DNA of 64,000 bases from Salmonella phage vB_SenS-3. Below, piece after piece: positions 17,755 to 28,289 of the stretch. A program made the position numbers and the translations under genes. Within the stretch, counting starts at the first letter, position 1, and every line of letters starts with the position of its first letter. A model generated the notes under the pieces. It saw nothing but the letters and a program-made list of their open reading frames with translations. It was not told where the DNA came from and did not search any database. Location of the stretch: sequence record OR896822.1. The stretch is one strand, 5' to 3'.

Positions 17755-19629
17755 TTATTTAGCGCGAATGTCTTGATGTTTCACTCGACCCATAACCTCA
17801 TGTTGTTTACCTGGGTTAAACGGACGAGCACCTGGATTTCCAAGATATCCACAAACTCGACGAGTTACCTCAAGAGTCTCAGGATCATGATTGCCACAAA
17901 TTGGGCATTTGAAACCATCCTCAGAAGCTATAGTTTCACCCAAGAACCCACATTCCCCACAAGAGTCTACTGGAGTATTAATACCGAAGTAATGAACTTT
18001 ACTTGCAGCATAGTTAATAACCCATTCCAGTGCATCAGGGAATCGTTTCATATCAGGCAATTCCACATAGGAAATGCACCCACCAGAAGCAATTGGGGTA
18101 AAGTTAGACTCATAATCGAACTTCACGTTCGGAGCAACCTTACGCTCCACATCAAGGTGATGAGAGTTAGTGTAATATCCTTTAACCAGAATATCTTCAT
18201 GCTCTGGGAAATACTCACGATCTAGACGACAGAAGCGATCACATAGAGATTCAGATGGTGTAGCATACAGACTATACCCTAATTGAGTCTCTTCCTTCTT
18301 CTGATCAGCACGATCACGCATGTATTGTAGCACACGTTGAACGAACTTGATACAGGATTCAGACATTGTATCTACATCTTTACCAAACATGAACTGTAAC
18401 ATTTCGTGGCAGCCAATATATCCTAGAGATACAGAAGCACGCTTGTAGAAATGATCAAATACATATTCATCTGGCCCCAGACGTAATCCAAAGGCTCCTG
18501 ACATATAGAGGATGGGCGCAGCTTTAGCTTGAATGTACTTTAAGCGATCAACCCTCCACTCCAATGCTTTTAACGCGGTATCCACACGCAGCTCAAGCAG
18601 ATCGAAGAATAGATCAATATTACCTTCCGCTTCGATAGCAATTCGAGGTAGGTTTACAGAAACAACGCCTAAGTTGTTACGACCAGAAGTTTCACCATCT
18701 TCCGCAGCAGCCAGGAATGAACGACAGCCCATAGAGACTTTGTAGTCTCCCGTAACTTCTACAACCTTATCATAACTGATGTAGTCAGGATACATACGTT
18801 CAGCAGTACATTTCATAGCTAACTTCTTGATATCATAGTTAACATCACCAGGTTTCATGTTTACGCCATCACGCAAAACAAATACCAGTTTAGGGAAGAT
18901 AGCTGTACGTTTATTGATACCCAAACCATCCATACGCACTTCTAGGATTGCTTTCTGTACAAGACGTGCTTCCCAAGAAGTTCCTAGACCAAACCCAAAG
19001 GTAATAAACGGACTTTGACCATTAGAGTTGAACATCGTATTGATTTCATACTCCAGGCCCTGACAGGCATCGTAAACTTCTTTCTCAGTCATTTCCGTAG
19101 CCATTACAGATGCTTTAGCTTCATCCTTAGTCCAACGCTTTGCAAACGCATGATTCTTATCATAAGACTTACGAACATAAGGAGCCAATACTTCATCTAA
19201 TCGGTCTACAGAAGTACCCCCATATTGATGTGAACTAACCTGAGTGATAATCTGAGCTGTGATAGCAGCCGCAGTAGTAATAGAGTTTGGTGTACTGATT
19301 TCAGCATTACCAACCTTCATACCATTCTTCAACATATCTTCCAAAGCAACCAGGCAACAGTTAGTCATACCTAACGCAGCGTAATCAGCATCATGGAAGT
19401 GAATATCACCAATCATGTGAGCATTTCGAATCTGGATTGGCATTTCTTCCAGAATCAGATGTTTACTCAATTCCCCTGCAAGCATGTCCCTTTGTGTAGG
19501 GAAACGTTCGCTTGGTTTGTTCGCATTATTAAAGAGTAGCTCTTCATCTGCTGATCCTTCGATAATTTCTTTGCAGTTTCGAATTAAGGACTGCACTCCT
19601 TTATACTTTAGTTCTTCATTGCGATTCAT
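17755..19629 (-). CDS. nrdD: anaerobic ribonucleoside-triphosphate reductase (class III RNR)
   Basis: 624 aa; C-terminal glycyl-radical motif RRVCGYLGNP and Cys-rich zinc ribbon CGECGF...CPICG. Confidence 0.9.
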   Translation of the reverse strand: MNRNEELKYKGVQSLIRNCKEIIEGSADEELLFNNANKPSERFPTQRDMLAGELSKHLILEEMPIQIRNAHMIGDIHFHDADYAALGMTNCCLVALEDMLKNGMKVGNAEISTPNSITTAAAITAQIITQVSSHQYGGTSVDRLDEVLAPYVRKSYDKNHAFAKRWTKDEAKASVMATEMTEKEVYDACQGLEYEINTMFNSNGQSPFITFGFGLGTSWEARLVQKAILEVRMDGLGINKRTAIFPKLVFVLRDGVNMKPGDVNYDIKKLAMKCTAERMYPDYISYDKVVEVTGDYKVSMGCRSFLAAAEDGETSGRNNLGVVSVNLPRIAIEAEGNIDLFFDLLELRVDTALKALEWRVDRLKYIQAKAAPILYMSGAFGLRLGPDEYVFDHFYKRASVSLGYIGCHEMLQFMFGKDVDTMSESCIKFVQRVLQYMRDRADQKKEETQLGYSLYATPSESLCDRFCRLDREYFPEHEDILVKGYYTNSHHLDVERKVAPNVKFDYESNFTPIASGGCISYVELPDMKRFPDALEWVINYAASKVHYFGINTPVDSCGECGFLGETIASEDGFKCPICGNHDPETLEVTRRVCGYLGNPGARPFNPGKQHEVMGRVKHQDIRAK

Positions 19630-19879
19630 TACACCCTCCTTCTCTAATTAAGACTACTATTATAACTCATTCGAAGGCGGATGTCAACAATATTTTACCA
19701 TAAAGTTCTGTAACATGATCTGAGTCAAAAAATTTTATTTGCCAACCTCTATTAAAAATAGTATAATCACACGCCCGTGTACGCGATATAAAATGATTAT
19801 CTAGTACCATACATCTCCCAATAAAAGCAAGTAAATTTTTTATTTAAAAGCAATATCATGGGTTTATTTAAAATTATAC

Positions 19880-19908
19880 TTGCTTTTTGCTGTAAACCTT
19901 GTTATAAT
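19880..19908 (+). promoter_or_regulatory. sigma70-type early promoter
   Basis: -35 TTGCTT, 17 bp, -10 TATAAT upstream of phoH. Confidence 0.6.
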
Positions 19909-19984
19909 ATATTTGTAAGTTGATAAACAAGATCTCTTTGTTGATCCTCTGTTAGAAGCGAAGTACACTATAGGAGTGTTATTT

Positions 19985-20737
19985 ATGGGAAAAGCACGTC
20001 AAAAAAGAGAGAACCGCAATGGTTCAAGAAAGCGTGGCAACAAGTATGATAGTAACGTAATTCAAGCAGATTTCTCTGGTGATTACGCCAATCCAGTTGC
20101 TAAATCCCTAGTTGGTAAAAACCGTGAGCAAAAATCATATATCAATATGATCAAGAACAACACAGTGACTGTTGGTATTGGTGAACCAGGTACTGGTAAA
20201 ACCTTTATTCCGTCCGTTCTTGCAGCTCAGGAACTCGTAGACATTCACTCAGATATTGAGCAAGTGATCCTCGTGCGTCCGAACGAACCTCTAGGTAAAT
20301 CTCTTGGTATGCTCCCAGGTGATCTGGCAGAAAAGCTAGAGCCTTGGTTGGAACCAATAGCCGATGGCATGAAATGGGCAATCGGTGATCACGCCTACAA
20401 AGGATATGTCGAACGTCAGAAAATTAAATTCCTGGCTATCGAACATGCCCGTGGCCGAACTTTCAACAACTCCTATGTAATTGTCGATGAAGCTCAGAAT
20501 ATCTCCGTTGAAGCAATGATCTGTCTCCTGACTCGTGTAGGACAAGATTGTCGTTTAATTATCTGTGGGGATATAGCGCAGAAAGACATCAAGGGTGATT
20601 CAGGTCTAGCACTTCTTATGGAAGTCTATGAGAAGTATGAAAACTCTCCTTTCTCTATGATCGAACTGATCGACAACGTTCGCTCACCAGAGTCTAAAGC
20701 ATTCTACGATATCTTTAAGGATATGGGGAAGGTGTAA
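19985..20737 (+). CDS. phoH: PhoH-like ATPase
   Basis: Walker A GEPGTGKT; ATG at 19985 preceded by RBS TAGGAG (listed ORF starts at GTG 19976). Confidence 0.85.
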   Translation: MGKARQKRENRNGSRKRGNKYDSNVIQADFSGDYANPVAKSLVGKNREQKSYINMIKNNTVTVGIGEPGTGKTFIPSVLAAQELVDIHSDIEQVILVRPNEPLGKSLGMLPGDLAEKLEPWLEPIADGMKWAIGDHAYKGYVERQKIKFLAIEHARGRTFNNSYVIVDEAQNISVEAMICLLTRVGQDCRLIICGDIAQKDIKGDSGLALLMEVYEKYENSPFSMIELIDNVRSPESKAFYDIFKDMGKV

Positions 20738-20738
20738 T

Positions 20739-20981
20739 ATGGGAAACGTCGTACATCTGCACCGCAAAACTAAGATTCACCGTACTTCACTGAGTGCTGC
20801 TAATATGATTACACGTAAGGAAGGGGAAGAAAGTCCTAAGACTACCCTAGCGTGGAAAATTGTAGCCTCTAATCCAAATCGGCCTTTTAATTATAACGAA
20901 TTGAGTACTTCTATAGACATTCTTATGGCTAAGGAAATACGACAGAAACTAACTGATATGACCGATAAACTTAAATGGTAA
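20739..20981 (+). CDS. hypothetical protein
   Basis: 80 aa ORF immediately after phoH. Confidence 0.5.
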   Translation: MGNVVHLHRKTKIHRTSLSAANMITRKEGEESPKTTLAWKIVASNPNRPFNYNELSTSIDILMAKEIRQKLTDMTDKLKW

Positions 20982-20989
20982 GACAGACG

Positions 20990-21022
20990 AGCCTGGGTAT
21001 GAAAATATCCGGGCTCTTTTTA
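20990..21022 (+). terminator. putative rho-independent terminator
   Basis: GAGCC...GGCTC hairpin followed by TTTTT. Confidence 0.5.
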
Positions 21023-21037
21023 TCTGTAAAATTGTAC

Positions 21038-21066
21038 TTGCAAAATGACCCAAAACAAAGTAGAAT
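21038..21066 (+). promoter_or_regulatory. sigma70-type promoter upstream of nrdA
   Basis: -35 TTGCAA, 17 bp, -10 TAGAAT. Confidence 0.5.
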
Positions 21067-21104
21067 ATTTCCTAAATCCTGATAACTACAAAAAGGAAAG
21101 CCAA

Positions 21105-23435
21105 ATGAGCCATCGCATCGAAAAAGTAATTAAACGTGACGGTACTGTTCAGGACTTTGCTCCTGAAAAACTCAATGATTGGGCTGCATGGGCATGTAAA
21201 GATACTGACGTAAGTTGGTCTGCCGTAGTTATGGCTGCCCTGAAAAATCTACCCAAAGGTGTTGTAGACTCCGATACACTCCAAGATGTGTTAATTAAAG
21301 CCGCTGAAGGTCTTATCAAAGACAACCCAGCATATGATACTGTAGCAAAGGAATTACGTCTTGCGCAGATGCGTAAACGCCTATATGATTCCTTTGAACC
21401 TCCTTCTCTGCGTTTCTTCCACGATCATATGATTCGTGTTGGCGCCTGGGAAGACATGAGTGCATGGATTAGCGATGATCAGTTTGATGCTCTGAATCAA
21501 GTTATTGATCATGATCGCGATCGTTTATTCACCAGTGGTGGACTGAAACAGTTCTTCGACAAGTATTCCCGTCGTAATATTGCAACTGGTGAAATTTATG
21601 AAACCCCGCAGTTTGCCTACATGGGTATGGCAATGGCGATGTTATCTCAACCTAACTGGACAATTCTCGATGCAATCGACCTCTACAACGCAATGTCACT
21701 CCATAAAATCAACGTGCCGACTCCACCTCTCGTGGGTCTTAGGAGCAGCGACCGCGGTTTTGCTTCTTGTTGTCTTGTTGATAGTACTGATACCCTCGAT
21801 TCAATCGACACAGCCGAGCACATCGTCTTCAAAATGGTCGCAGCCAGAGCGGGAATCGGGTATCATCTTGAAAGCCGATCAATTGCTGATCCGGTGCGAA
21901 ATGGGGCATTCCCGCATTCCGGAAAACTGCCATATTATCGACACATTGACCGATCAGTAAAAGCTAACACTCAGCAAACCCGTGGTGGTTCTGCTACTGT
22001 GTCTTACCCATACTTCGATCCTGAAATCATTCAGTTGATGCAGGTTAAGCAGCAACGTGCTACAGACGAGAATAAAATCGATAAGATGGATTACTCTCTG
22101 AGCTTTAACAACCTTCTGTTAAAACGTTACCTGAAAAATGAAGATATTACGCTAATGTCCTACTTCTACGCACCAGAAGTTCATGAAGCGTTTTATGGCG
22201 AAGATGAGGCTAAGTTTGAAGAAATCTACGTGGCAGCGGAGAAACGTGTGGCATCTCTTACAAAGATCGACCACGAAGGAAAAACAATTCCAGCAGCTCC
22301 TAGAATCTCTGCAAAAGAAATCCTAGATACTTGGTTACGTATCCGTATGGAAACAGGGCGTATGTATGCTCATCACATTGGTGAATCTAACCGTCATGGT
22401 AACTTCCTTGACCCGATTCGTATGACCAACCTTTGTGTTGAAATTACTCAGCCAACCCGTCCATTCCATCACATTACGGAGCTGTATAAGACCCAAGATC
22501 AGTTAGACGATATGCGTCCAGAAGATATTGGTGAAGTATCTCTGTGTAACTTAGGTGGTGTTGTACTAGGTCGTATGGAATCTCTGGCTGAATGGGAGAA
22601 AACTTGCTACATTCTTCTGAAATTCGTTGATACAATCATCGAGATTCAGGATTACCCATTCCCAACTATGGAGTACACGGCTAAGAAACGTCGTAACGTT
22701 GGTATTGGTCTGATGAACGCAGCAGGTGCAATGGCAGCAGAAGGTTTGGCTTACGAAGGTGTTGAAGCCCGTAACTGGATTCACCGTGAAGCTGAAAAGC
22801 TGTCCTACTTCCTACATAAAGCCTCTGTACGTCTGGCTAAAGAACAAGGTGCATGTGACTGGTTTAATCGTACTAAGCCTTCGCAAGGAACTCTGGTAAT
22901 CGACACGTACAAGAAAACTGTTGATGAACTGGTAACTGTAGGTCTAGAAATGGATTGGGAATCTCTGCGTGCAGATATTCTGAAATATGGTATGCGCAAC
23001 TCTGTTCTGACTGCTCAGATGCCAGGTGAAAGTTCCTCTGTACTGCTAGGTGTTACTAACTCTATCGAACCGCCCCGTAAGATCGTATCTATCAAGGGTA
23101 GTGCAGTGAATAAAGTAATTGCAATTGCTCCAGGTGCAACTGATTGGGATACATTAATGAGCTATAAACTGGCTTATGATGTAGATCGTATCGAGTGGAT
23201 CAAATGGGTAGCAACCATGCAGAAATTATTCAGCCAGTCTATCAGTACGAATATGTACTATGACTACACCAAGTTCGAGAATGAAATCATTCCCGGCCCA
23301 GTAGTAGTTCGTGACTTTATGACTGCTGTTAAGTACGGTTGGAAAACTTGGTACTACGCTAACTTCAACACTGAAAATGGTGGTGGAGCTGGTGAAGAAG
23401 CAGCAGGTTGTGCATCAGGTGGTTGTAACCTATAA
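21105..23435 (+). CDS. nrdA: ribonucleoside-diphosphate reductase large subunit (class Ia)
   Basis: N-terminal ATP-cone-like region; catalytic-site motif NLCVEI; start set at ATG 21105 after RBS AAGGAAAG. Confidence 0.9.
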   Translation: MSHRIEKVIKRDGTVQDFAPEKLNDWAAWACKDTDVSWSAVVMAALKNLPKGVVDSDTLQDVLIKAAEGLIKDNPAYDTVAKELRLAQMRKRLYDSFEPPSLRFFHDHMIRVGAWEDMSAWISDDQFDALNQVIDHDRDRLFTSGGLKQFFDKYSRRNIATGEIYETPQFAYMGMAMAMLSQPNWTILDAIDLYNAMSLHKINVPTPPLVGLRSSDRGFASCCLVDSTDTLDSIDTAEHIVFKMVAARAGIGYHLESRSIADPVRNGAFPHSGKLPYYRHIDRSVKANTQQTRGGSATVSYPYFDPEIIQLMQVKQQRATDENKIDKMDYSLSFNNLLLKRYLKNEDITLMSYFYAPEVHEAFYGEDEAKFEEIYVAAEKRVASLTKIDHEGKTIPAAPRISAKEILDTWLRIRMETGRMYAHHIGESNRHGNFLDPIRMTNLCVEITQPTRPFHHITELYKTQDQLDDMRPEDIGEVSLCNLGGVVLGRMESLAEWEKTCYILLKFVDTIIEIQDYPFPTMEYTAKKRRNVGIGLMNAAGAMAAEGLAYEGVEARNWIHREAEKLSYFLHKASVRLAKEQGACDWFNRTKPSQGTLVIDTYKKTVDELVTVGLEMDWESLRADILKYGMRNSVLTAQMPGESSSVLLGVTNSIEPPRKIVSIKGSAVNKVIAIAPGATDWDTLMSYKLAYDVDRIEWIKWVATMQKLFSQSISTNMYYDYTKFENEIIPGPVVVRDFMTAVKYGWKTWYYANFNTENGGGAGEEAAGCASGGCNL

Positions 23436-23444
23436 TAAAAACAA

Positions 23445-23470
23445 GGAGATCTTCGGGTCTCCTTTTTTCT
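23445..23470 (+). terminator. rho-independent terminator after nrdA
   Basis: GGAGATC-TTCG-GGTCTCC hairpin followed by TTTTTTCTTT. Confidence 0.6.
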
Positions 23471-23482
23471 TTGAAATTTTAC

Positions 23483-23511
23483 TTGCTAATCTCTACCAGA
23501 TTTGCTATAAT
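23483..23511 (+). promoter_or_regulatory. sigma70-type early promoter
   Basis: -35 TTGCTA, 17 bp, -10 TATAAT. Confidence 0.6.
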
Positions 23512-23542
23512 ATTCCTGAAATAGTGAGAAAGAGGAAAATCA

Positions 23543-24688
23543 ATGACTACTTTACTAAACCTGAATTGGGATCATACTAACGCTGACCTTTTCCTGGGCG
23601 ATTCTCTTGGTATCGCAGATTACGTTCGTGTAGCACATCCTGAACTTGAGCGTCTAGCACTTCTGCAACGTTCTCAATTTTGGACTGAAACTGAAATCAG
23701 TCTGGAAGCTGATAAGAAACAATGGCCAAACCTCCCGCGTGATATCCAGGAAATTACTCTCCTGAACTTAGCATGGCAAACTCAAACAGATTCTTTCATT
23801 AGTCGTGCTCCTGAGGCAGCTATTATGCCACTTGTAAGCCGTCCTGAATTGGAAGGTATGCTCAAGCAGTGGAGCTACTTCGAAGATCTACATAGCCGTG
23901 CGTATAGTAACATTATTCGTAACGTTCTGACTGACCCAGCAGAATTTATTGATTCTGTAACTAAAAACCAAGAAGCATTTGCACGTATCGCAGATTCTGT
24001 TGAACTGTTTGATGAATTGTATCTGTTAGGTCAGTATTTCCTTGCAGTACGTGATCATCGTGGTGATAATACTTATCCAGAAACTGAGTTCCCTGAAGTT
24101 AAACGTGAAACTCAGGCTAAACTGTTAGACGCTTACTTTGCAATCTACGGTCTGGAAGCAATGCAGTTCTACGCATCCTTTGCATGTACCTTTGCTCTAG
24201 CAGAGAACGATATTCTGCAAGGTATTGCTAAGAACCTGCAATTAATCGCTAAAGATGAAGCTCTACATACTCAAATGTCTAAAGCTATCATCCAGATTAT
24301 GTTCCAGCAGTTTGATAAAGATCTGGTAGATGAAGCATTAGCTAAAGCACCAGCACAACTCCTAAAAACTCTGAAAACTGAGATTGAATGGGGCCACTTT
24401 ATCTTTAAAGGCCGCAGTCTGATTGGTTTGAACGCAGAATTGCTTGAAGAATACCTTTACTTTGTAGGACGTAACGCATTTATGCACATTGGTGTAGAAT
24501 GGCCAAGCCACTTACCTGTAATTACTAAGAACCCTATTCCGTGGATTATGAACTGGTTGGATACTACATCTTTACAACCTGCTCCACAAGAGATTCAGAT
24601 TGGTGCAGCGTACCGTGTAGGTCAAGTAACTGAAACCTCTGCTGATACTCTGAAAGATCTTGGCAACGAATTTGAGGATATGTTCTAA
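23543..24688 (+). CDS. nrdB: ribonucleoside-diphosphate reductase small subunit
   Basis: 381 aa; di-iron ligand motifs (ExxH) and tyrosyl-radical region. Confidence 0.9.
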   Translation: MTTLLNLNWDHTNADLFLGDSLGIADYVRVAHPELERLALLQRSQFWTETEISLEADKKQWPNLPRDIQEITLLNLAWQTQTDSFISRAPEAAIMPLVSRPELEGMLKQWSYFEDLHSRAYSNIIRNVLTDPAEFIDSVTKNQEAFARIADSVELFDELYLLGQYFLAVRDHRGDNTYPETEFPEVKRETQAKLLDAYFAIYGLEAMQFYASFACTFALAENDILQGIAKNLQLIAKDEALHTQMSKAIIQIMFQQFDKDLVDEALAKAPAQLLKTLKTEIEWGHFIFKGRSLIGLNAELLEEYLYFVGRNAFMHIGVEWPSHLPVITKNPIPWIMNWLDTTSLQPAPQEIQIGAAYRVGQVTETSADTLKDLGNEFEDMF

Positions 24689-25218
24689 TGATAGCAGCAA
24701 TCTATGCAACTGGGCCGAATGGGGAGTTCGGCCTCAATGGTAAGCTCCCCTGGGGTTCTTTCAAAGAAGAACTAGATATCTTCTATGCTACATTGGATTC
24801 TCTGGCACCTGACAATATTATTGTAGGAGCAGGAACTTGGTTAGCATTCCCTGAGACTCTGCAAAAAAGAATACTAGGAGATTCTGACCTATTTATTTAT
24901 GCAAATAGACCACTACCGAACTCTATAAGATCAGCTACACGCATAAGCAACATTGGATACCGTCTGCCTGATTTTCTCAAGGAAGAGGTAACTGTAGTAT
25001 TAGGGGGAGCAACTCTGCTTCTTGAAATGTATGTCAAAAATCATCTAGATATGGCGTATATCTCTACTGTTACTTCAGCCACACCATTATCTGCTGATGT
25101 ACATCTGCATCATCATATTACTTTAACTAATTCAATGGCAACTAGAATGGACTATGTGGCAGGACAGAATGCAGATAAAACGCTTTCATTCTTACAAGAA
25201 TTGGTGATATTTAAATGA
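24688..25218 (+). CDS. folA: dihydrofolate reductase
   Basis: 176 aa; N-terminal [18 protein letters not shown] matches the DHFR signature; start overlaps nrdB stop. Confidence 0.85.
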   Translation: MIAAIYATGPNGEFGLNGKLPWGSFKEELDIFYATLDSLAPDNIIVGAGTWLAFPETLQKRILGDSDLFIYANRPLPNSIRSATRISNIGYRLPDFLKEEVTVVLGGATLLLEMYVKNHLDMAYISTVTSATPLSADVHLHHHITLTNSMATRMDYVAGQNADKTLSFLQELVIFK

Positions 25219-26069
25219 AGCAATATATTGAAACTGGAAAACGTATTCTTGAAGAGGGTGTATGGGTAACGAATCCTAGAACAGGGGTTCGTTGCCTAAC
25301 CATTATTGATGCAGACTTTACCTTTAACGTAGGAGCAGGAGAACTGCCGCTAGTAACTACTCGTAAAGCATTTGCTAAACAAGCAATAATGGAAATGATC
25401 GGATATCTACGTGGGTACGACTCAGCAGCACAATTCCGCGCTATTGGTGTTAATACATGGAATGCTAATGCAAATGAAAATATTGCCTGGCTAGGTAATC
25501 CATTCCGTAAAGGCGAGGATGATATGGGACGAGTCTATGGTGTTCAAGGACGTCATTGGACTAATTCTGATGGTATGGTATTTGATCAGTTAGCCAAAGT
25601 CTACCATAATTTGAAAAGAGGGATTGACGATCGTGGAGAAATTTTAACTTTTTGGAACCCTGGGGAATTTCGTAAAGGATGCCTACGTCCGTGTATGCAT
25701 ACCCATCAATTCTCTATTTTAGGTGATACACTATACCTAAACTCTTTCCAGAGGTCTAATGATTTCTTGCTGGGCCAAGTATTTAATATGGTGCAATGCT
25801 ATGCACTTCTAGCTATTATGGCACAGATTACAGGTCTTAAGCCAGGTATTGCTCGTCAAAAGATTATTAATCTTCATATCTATGAAGATCAGTATAATGT
25901 TCTGATGGAGCACAAGCAATTCGATCGTGAACCTTTTGCACCTCCTACTTTAGAAATCAATCCAAATATTAGAACTTTGGATGATGTATTAACGTGGGTA
26001 AGTAAGGATGATTTTACTGTTCGTGGCTATGAACACCATCCTGCTATTGCATATCCATTTACGGTGTAA
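25215..26069 (+). CDS. thyA: thymidylate synthase
   Basis: 284 aa; ThyA-family active-site region LRPCMH and conserved FQ/RSND segments; overlaps DHFR stop by 4 nt. Confidence 0.85.
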   Translation: MKQYIETGKRILEEGVWVTNPRTGVRCLTIIDADFTFNVGAGELPLVTTRKAFAKQAIMEMIGYLRGYDSAAQFRAIGVNTWNANANENIAWLGNPFRKGEDDMGRVYGVQGRHWTNSDGMVFDQLAKVYHNLKRGIDDRGEILTFWNPGEFRKGCLRPCMHTHQFSILGDTLYLNSFQRSNDFLLGQVFNMVQCYALLAIMAQITGLKPGIARQKIINLHIYEDQYNVLMEHKQFDREPFAPPTLEINPNIRTLDDVLTWVSKDDFTVRGYEHHPAIAYPFTV

Positions 26070-26072
26070 CAT

Positions 26073-26426
26073 ATGTTAATTATACTATTATTTGTCATAT
26101 TCTTTCTAAAACATTTTATGGCCGATTATCCACTCCAAACACCATATATGCTAAGAAAGACGCATAAAATAGGGTGGAAACTTCCATTATTAACCCATTC
26201 GCTAGTACATGCTGGATTAACATTTGCAATTCTAATCCTATTCACATCACCAGGAATGTCTATAGCTTTAGCTATTATGGAATTAATTCTACACTTTATT
26301 ATAGATTATTGGAAAGCACAACGCTGTAAATACGCTATAAGCGATGCTAAGTTTTGGATAGCTTTAGGATTTGATCAGTTACTGCATTATCTGACATACG
26401 CCCTAATAATCTTGATTATAATCTAA
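26073..26426 (+). CDS. small membrane protein
   Basis: 117 aa with about three hydrophobic helices. Confidence 0.55.
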   Translation: MLIILLFVIFFLKHFMADYPLQTPYMLRKTHKIGWKLPLLTHSLVHAGLTFAILILFTSPGMSIALAIMELILHFIIDYWKAQRCKYAISDAKFWIALGFDQLLHYLTYALIILIII

Positions 26427-26430
26427 TTCA

Positions 26431-26456
26431 AATAGCCCTTCGGGGCTATTATATTT
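26431..26456 (+). terminator. rho-independent terminator
   Basis: AATAGCCC-TTCG-GGGCTATT hairpin followed by AT-rich run. Confidence 0.55.
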
Positions 26457-26465
26457 AAATTTCAT

Positions 26466-26494
26466 TTGCTTACTGAGTGAAATTCAAATATAAT
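26466..26494 (+). promoter_or_regulatory. sigma70-type early promoter
   Basis: -35 TTGCTT, 17 bp, -10 TATAAT. Confidence 0.55.
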
Positions 26495-26524
26495 ATACTT
26501 CTAATTTGACAGAAGGATTTAATA

Positions 26525-27103
26525 ATGACAGCCATAGTAGCATTTAAATATAAAGATAAAGTATACTTAGCTGGTGATCGTATGGGTTCTAATGGCTATA
26601 CGAAACTGCTGGTTAAAAATCCGAAAGTATTCAAAATCTCTGATGATTTGTACTTCGGATACACTAGTTCCTTCTACATGGGACAATTACTAGAGCATAG
26701 CTTTACTGTACCACCACGTTTAGCAGATATTTCCGATGATAAATATTTATATACGGAAATAGTACCTAAATTACGTGATATGTTTAACCAGAAAGATTTT
26801 GGCGAAAAGAAAAATGAAAAATATGCTGAACCTAATCTGGGACAATTTATTATGCTCTACAAAGGAAGAATCTTTATTTTCCAATCTAATGCTTCTATTC
26901 TAGAAGTTGAATATGCCGGTGTAGGCTGTGGAGGAGAAGATGTACTTTCCAGTATTCGTACAGGTTTAGCTATTGCGGATTGTCGAGCCACAGATTTAGA
27001 TGTAGATGATATATTTGAAATCATTGATCTGGCTTTTACGCATTGTGCAGATTATATGTGTGGTGTATCTTCCCAACATGATGTTTTAGTAATTGGAGAA
27101 TAA
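26525..27103 (+). CDS. hypothetical protein
   Basis: 192 aa ORF with RBS. Confidence 0.55.
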   Translation: MTAIVAFKYKDKVYLAGDRMGSNGYTKLLVKNPKVFKISDDLYFGYTSSFYMGQLLEHSFTVPPRLADISDDKYLYTEIVPKLRDMFNQKDFGEKKNEKYAEPNLGQFIMLYKGRIFIFQSNASILEVEYAGVGCGGEDVLSSIRTGLAIADCRATDLDVDDIFEIIDLAFTHCADYMCGVSSQHDVLVIGE

Positions 27104-27105
27104 AT

Positions 27106-27375
27106 ATGTCTATTCTTTTATCTGCTTTAGAAGCAAAACAAAATACTATTGCTAGCATTAAAAAGGAAGTAATTGACCTAGAATCACTTATTGCCGTAGA
27201 GATTGACAAAGCTATTAAAGATAAAGAATTTAACTGTCACATCCAGGGATTAACTGAATACTCAGAAAACGCTAGAAATAGCGTCATGCAAAAACTTAGC
27301 AAACTAGGTTATGTTGTAGAAGCTAAGTATGAACAGCGTGAAGGTTTTTGGCTTGAAATTGATTGGAGCAAATAA
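27106..27375 (+). CDS. hypothetical protein
   Basis: 89 aa ORF. Confidence 0.5.
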   Translation: MSILLSALEAKQNTIASIKKEVIDLESLIAVEIDKAIKDKEFNCHIQGLTEYSENARNSVMQKLSKLGYVVEAKYEQREGFWLEIDWSK

Positions 27376-27851
27376 TGTCGGTTTTCCACATATATACAGA
27401 TGGTGCATGTAAGGGCAATCCTGGTTTAGGTGCGTGGGGATTCGTTGTCTATAATGATAATGATGATCGTATTGGCTCTAAATCTGGCTTCAGCCATAAA
27501 ACTACTAATAACGAAATGGAACTTACTGCAATTGTTGAAGTTCTTCGTTGGTCTACTAAGAAAGATAATCGTCCAGTAATTATCTACACTGATTCTGCTT
27601 ACTGCAAAAATGGTATGGAAAGCTGGATGTGGTCTTGGCAGAAGAAAGGATGGAAGAAAGGAGATGGTGAAACTCCTCTTAATCTAGAACTCTGGCAAGA
27701 AGCGTTTAAACTAACTCAACAGTATATTAATTTCCATGATACTAACCCAACCTTTGTTAAGGTTAAAGGTCACTCAGGTATTCGTGGTAATGAAGAAGTT
27801 GATGCTCTATGCAATACTGTAATTACTGAGCAAGAACTTGCTGAGATGTAA
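27363..27851 (+). CDS. rnhA: ribonuclease H (RNase HI-like)
   Basis: 162 aa; N-terminal HIYTDGACKGNPGLGAWG and HSG...NEEVD motifs typical of RNase HI. Confidence 0.85.
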   Translation: MEQIMSVFHIYTDGACKGNPGLGAWGFVVYNDNDDRIGSKSGFSHKTTNNEMELTAIVEVLRWSTKKDNRPVIIYTDSAYCKNGMESWMWSWQKKGWKKGDGETPLNLELWQEAFKLTQQYINFHDTNPTFVKVKGHSGIRGNEEVDALCNTVITEQELAEM

Positions 27852-27871
27852 TAAATAAATTAAAAATTCAC

Positions 27872-27900
27872 TTGCTTAAAGCCCTCGAATTTATTATAAT
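27872..27900 (+). promoter_or_regulatory. sigma70-type early promoter
   Basis: -35 TTGCTT, 17 bp, -10 TATAAT. Confidence 0.6.
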
Positions 27901-27927
27901 ATTCGTATTGAAAGTGAGGAGGGCTTT

Positions 27928-28206
27928 ATGCGAATTTACAACTCAAATTCATTAGGATTTAAACCTTTGAGAAAACGCGCACAATCTCCGCGTCAGATCA
28001 GAAAGGCAAATATTGGTGAGCCAGAAACTAGGCTTCCACCACCTCCGGAGCAACGTCTAGTTTACTTAGACGAAGAATTAGCCGAAAGGGAACGTAAAGC
28101 TCAAGAAGAAATTGAGCGTAAGAAACTGTGTACTGCTCCTGCATATAATAAGGGTGGTTATCAGTACGTTTCCAGTGAGGAACAAGCTAAGATGATCGGC
28201 AGATAA
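27928..28206 (+). CDS. hypothetical protein
   Basis: 92 aa ORF with RBS GAGGAGG. Confidence 0.5.
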   Translation: MRIYNSNSLGFKPLRKRAQSPRQIRKANIGEPETRLPPPPEQRLVYLDEELAERERKAQEEIERKKLCTAPAYNKGGYQYVSSEEQAKMIGR

Positions 28207-28222
28207 TTTTTAAAAAATTCAT

Positions 28223-28251
28223 TTGCTAAACGCTTCAAAATTTCGTATAAT
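28223..28251 (+). promoter_or_regulatory. sigma70-type early promoter
   Basis: -35 TTGCTA, 17 bp, -10 TATAAT, conserved leader. Confidence 0.6.
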
Positions 28252-28289
28252 ATATCTCATAAATTGATCAACAAAAAGGAAAACAAATA

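Noticed and set aside
21045-21104. N-terminal 20-residue extension of NrdA (and similar extensions at 36063, 37937, 39678, 59682, 32284)
   Set aside because: Extensions start at alternative codons inside the conserved promoter leader; the downstream ATG with proper RBS spacing is the likelier start
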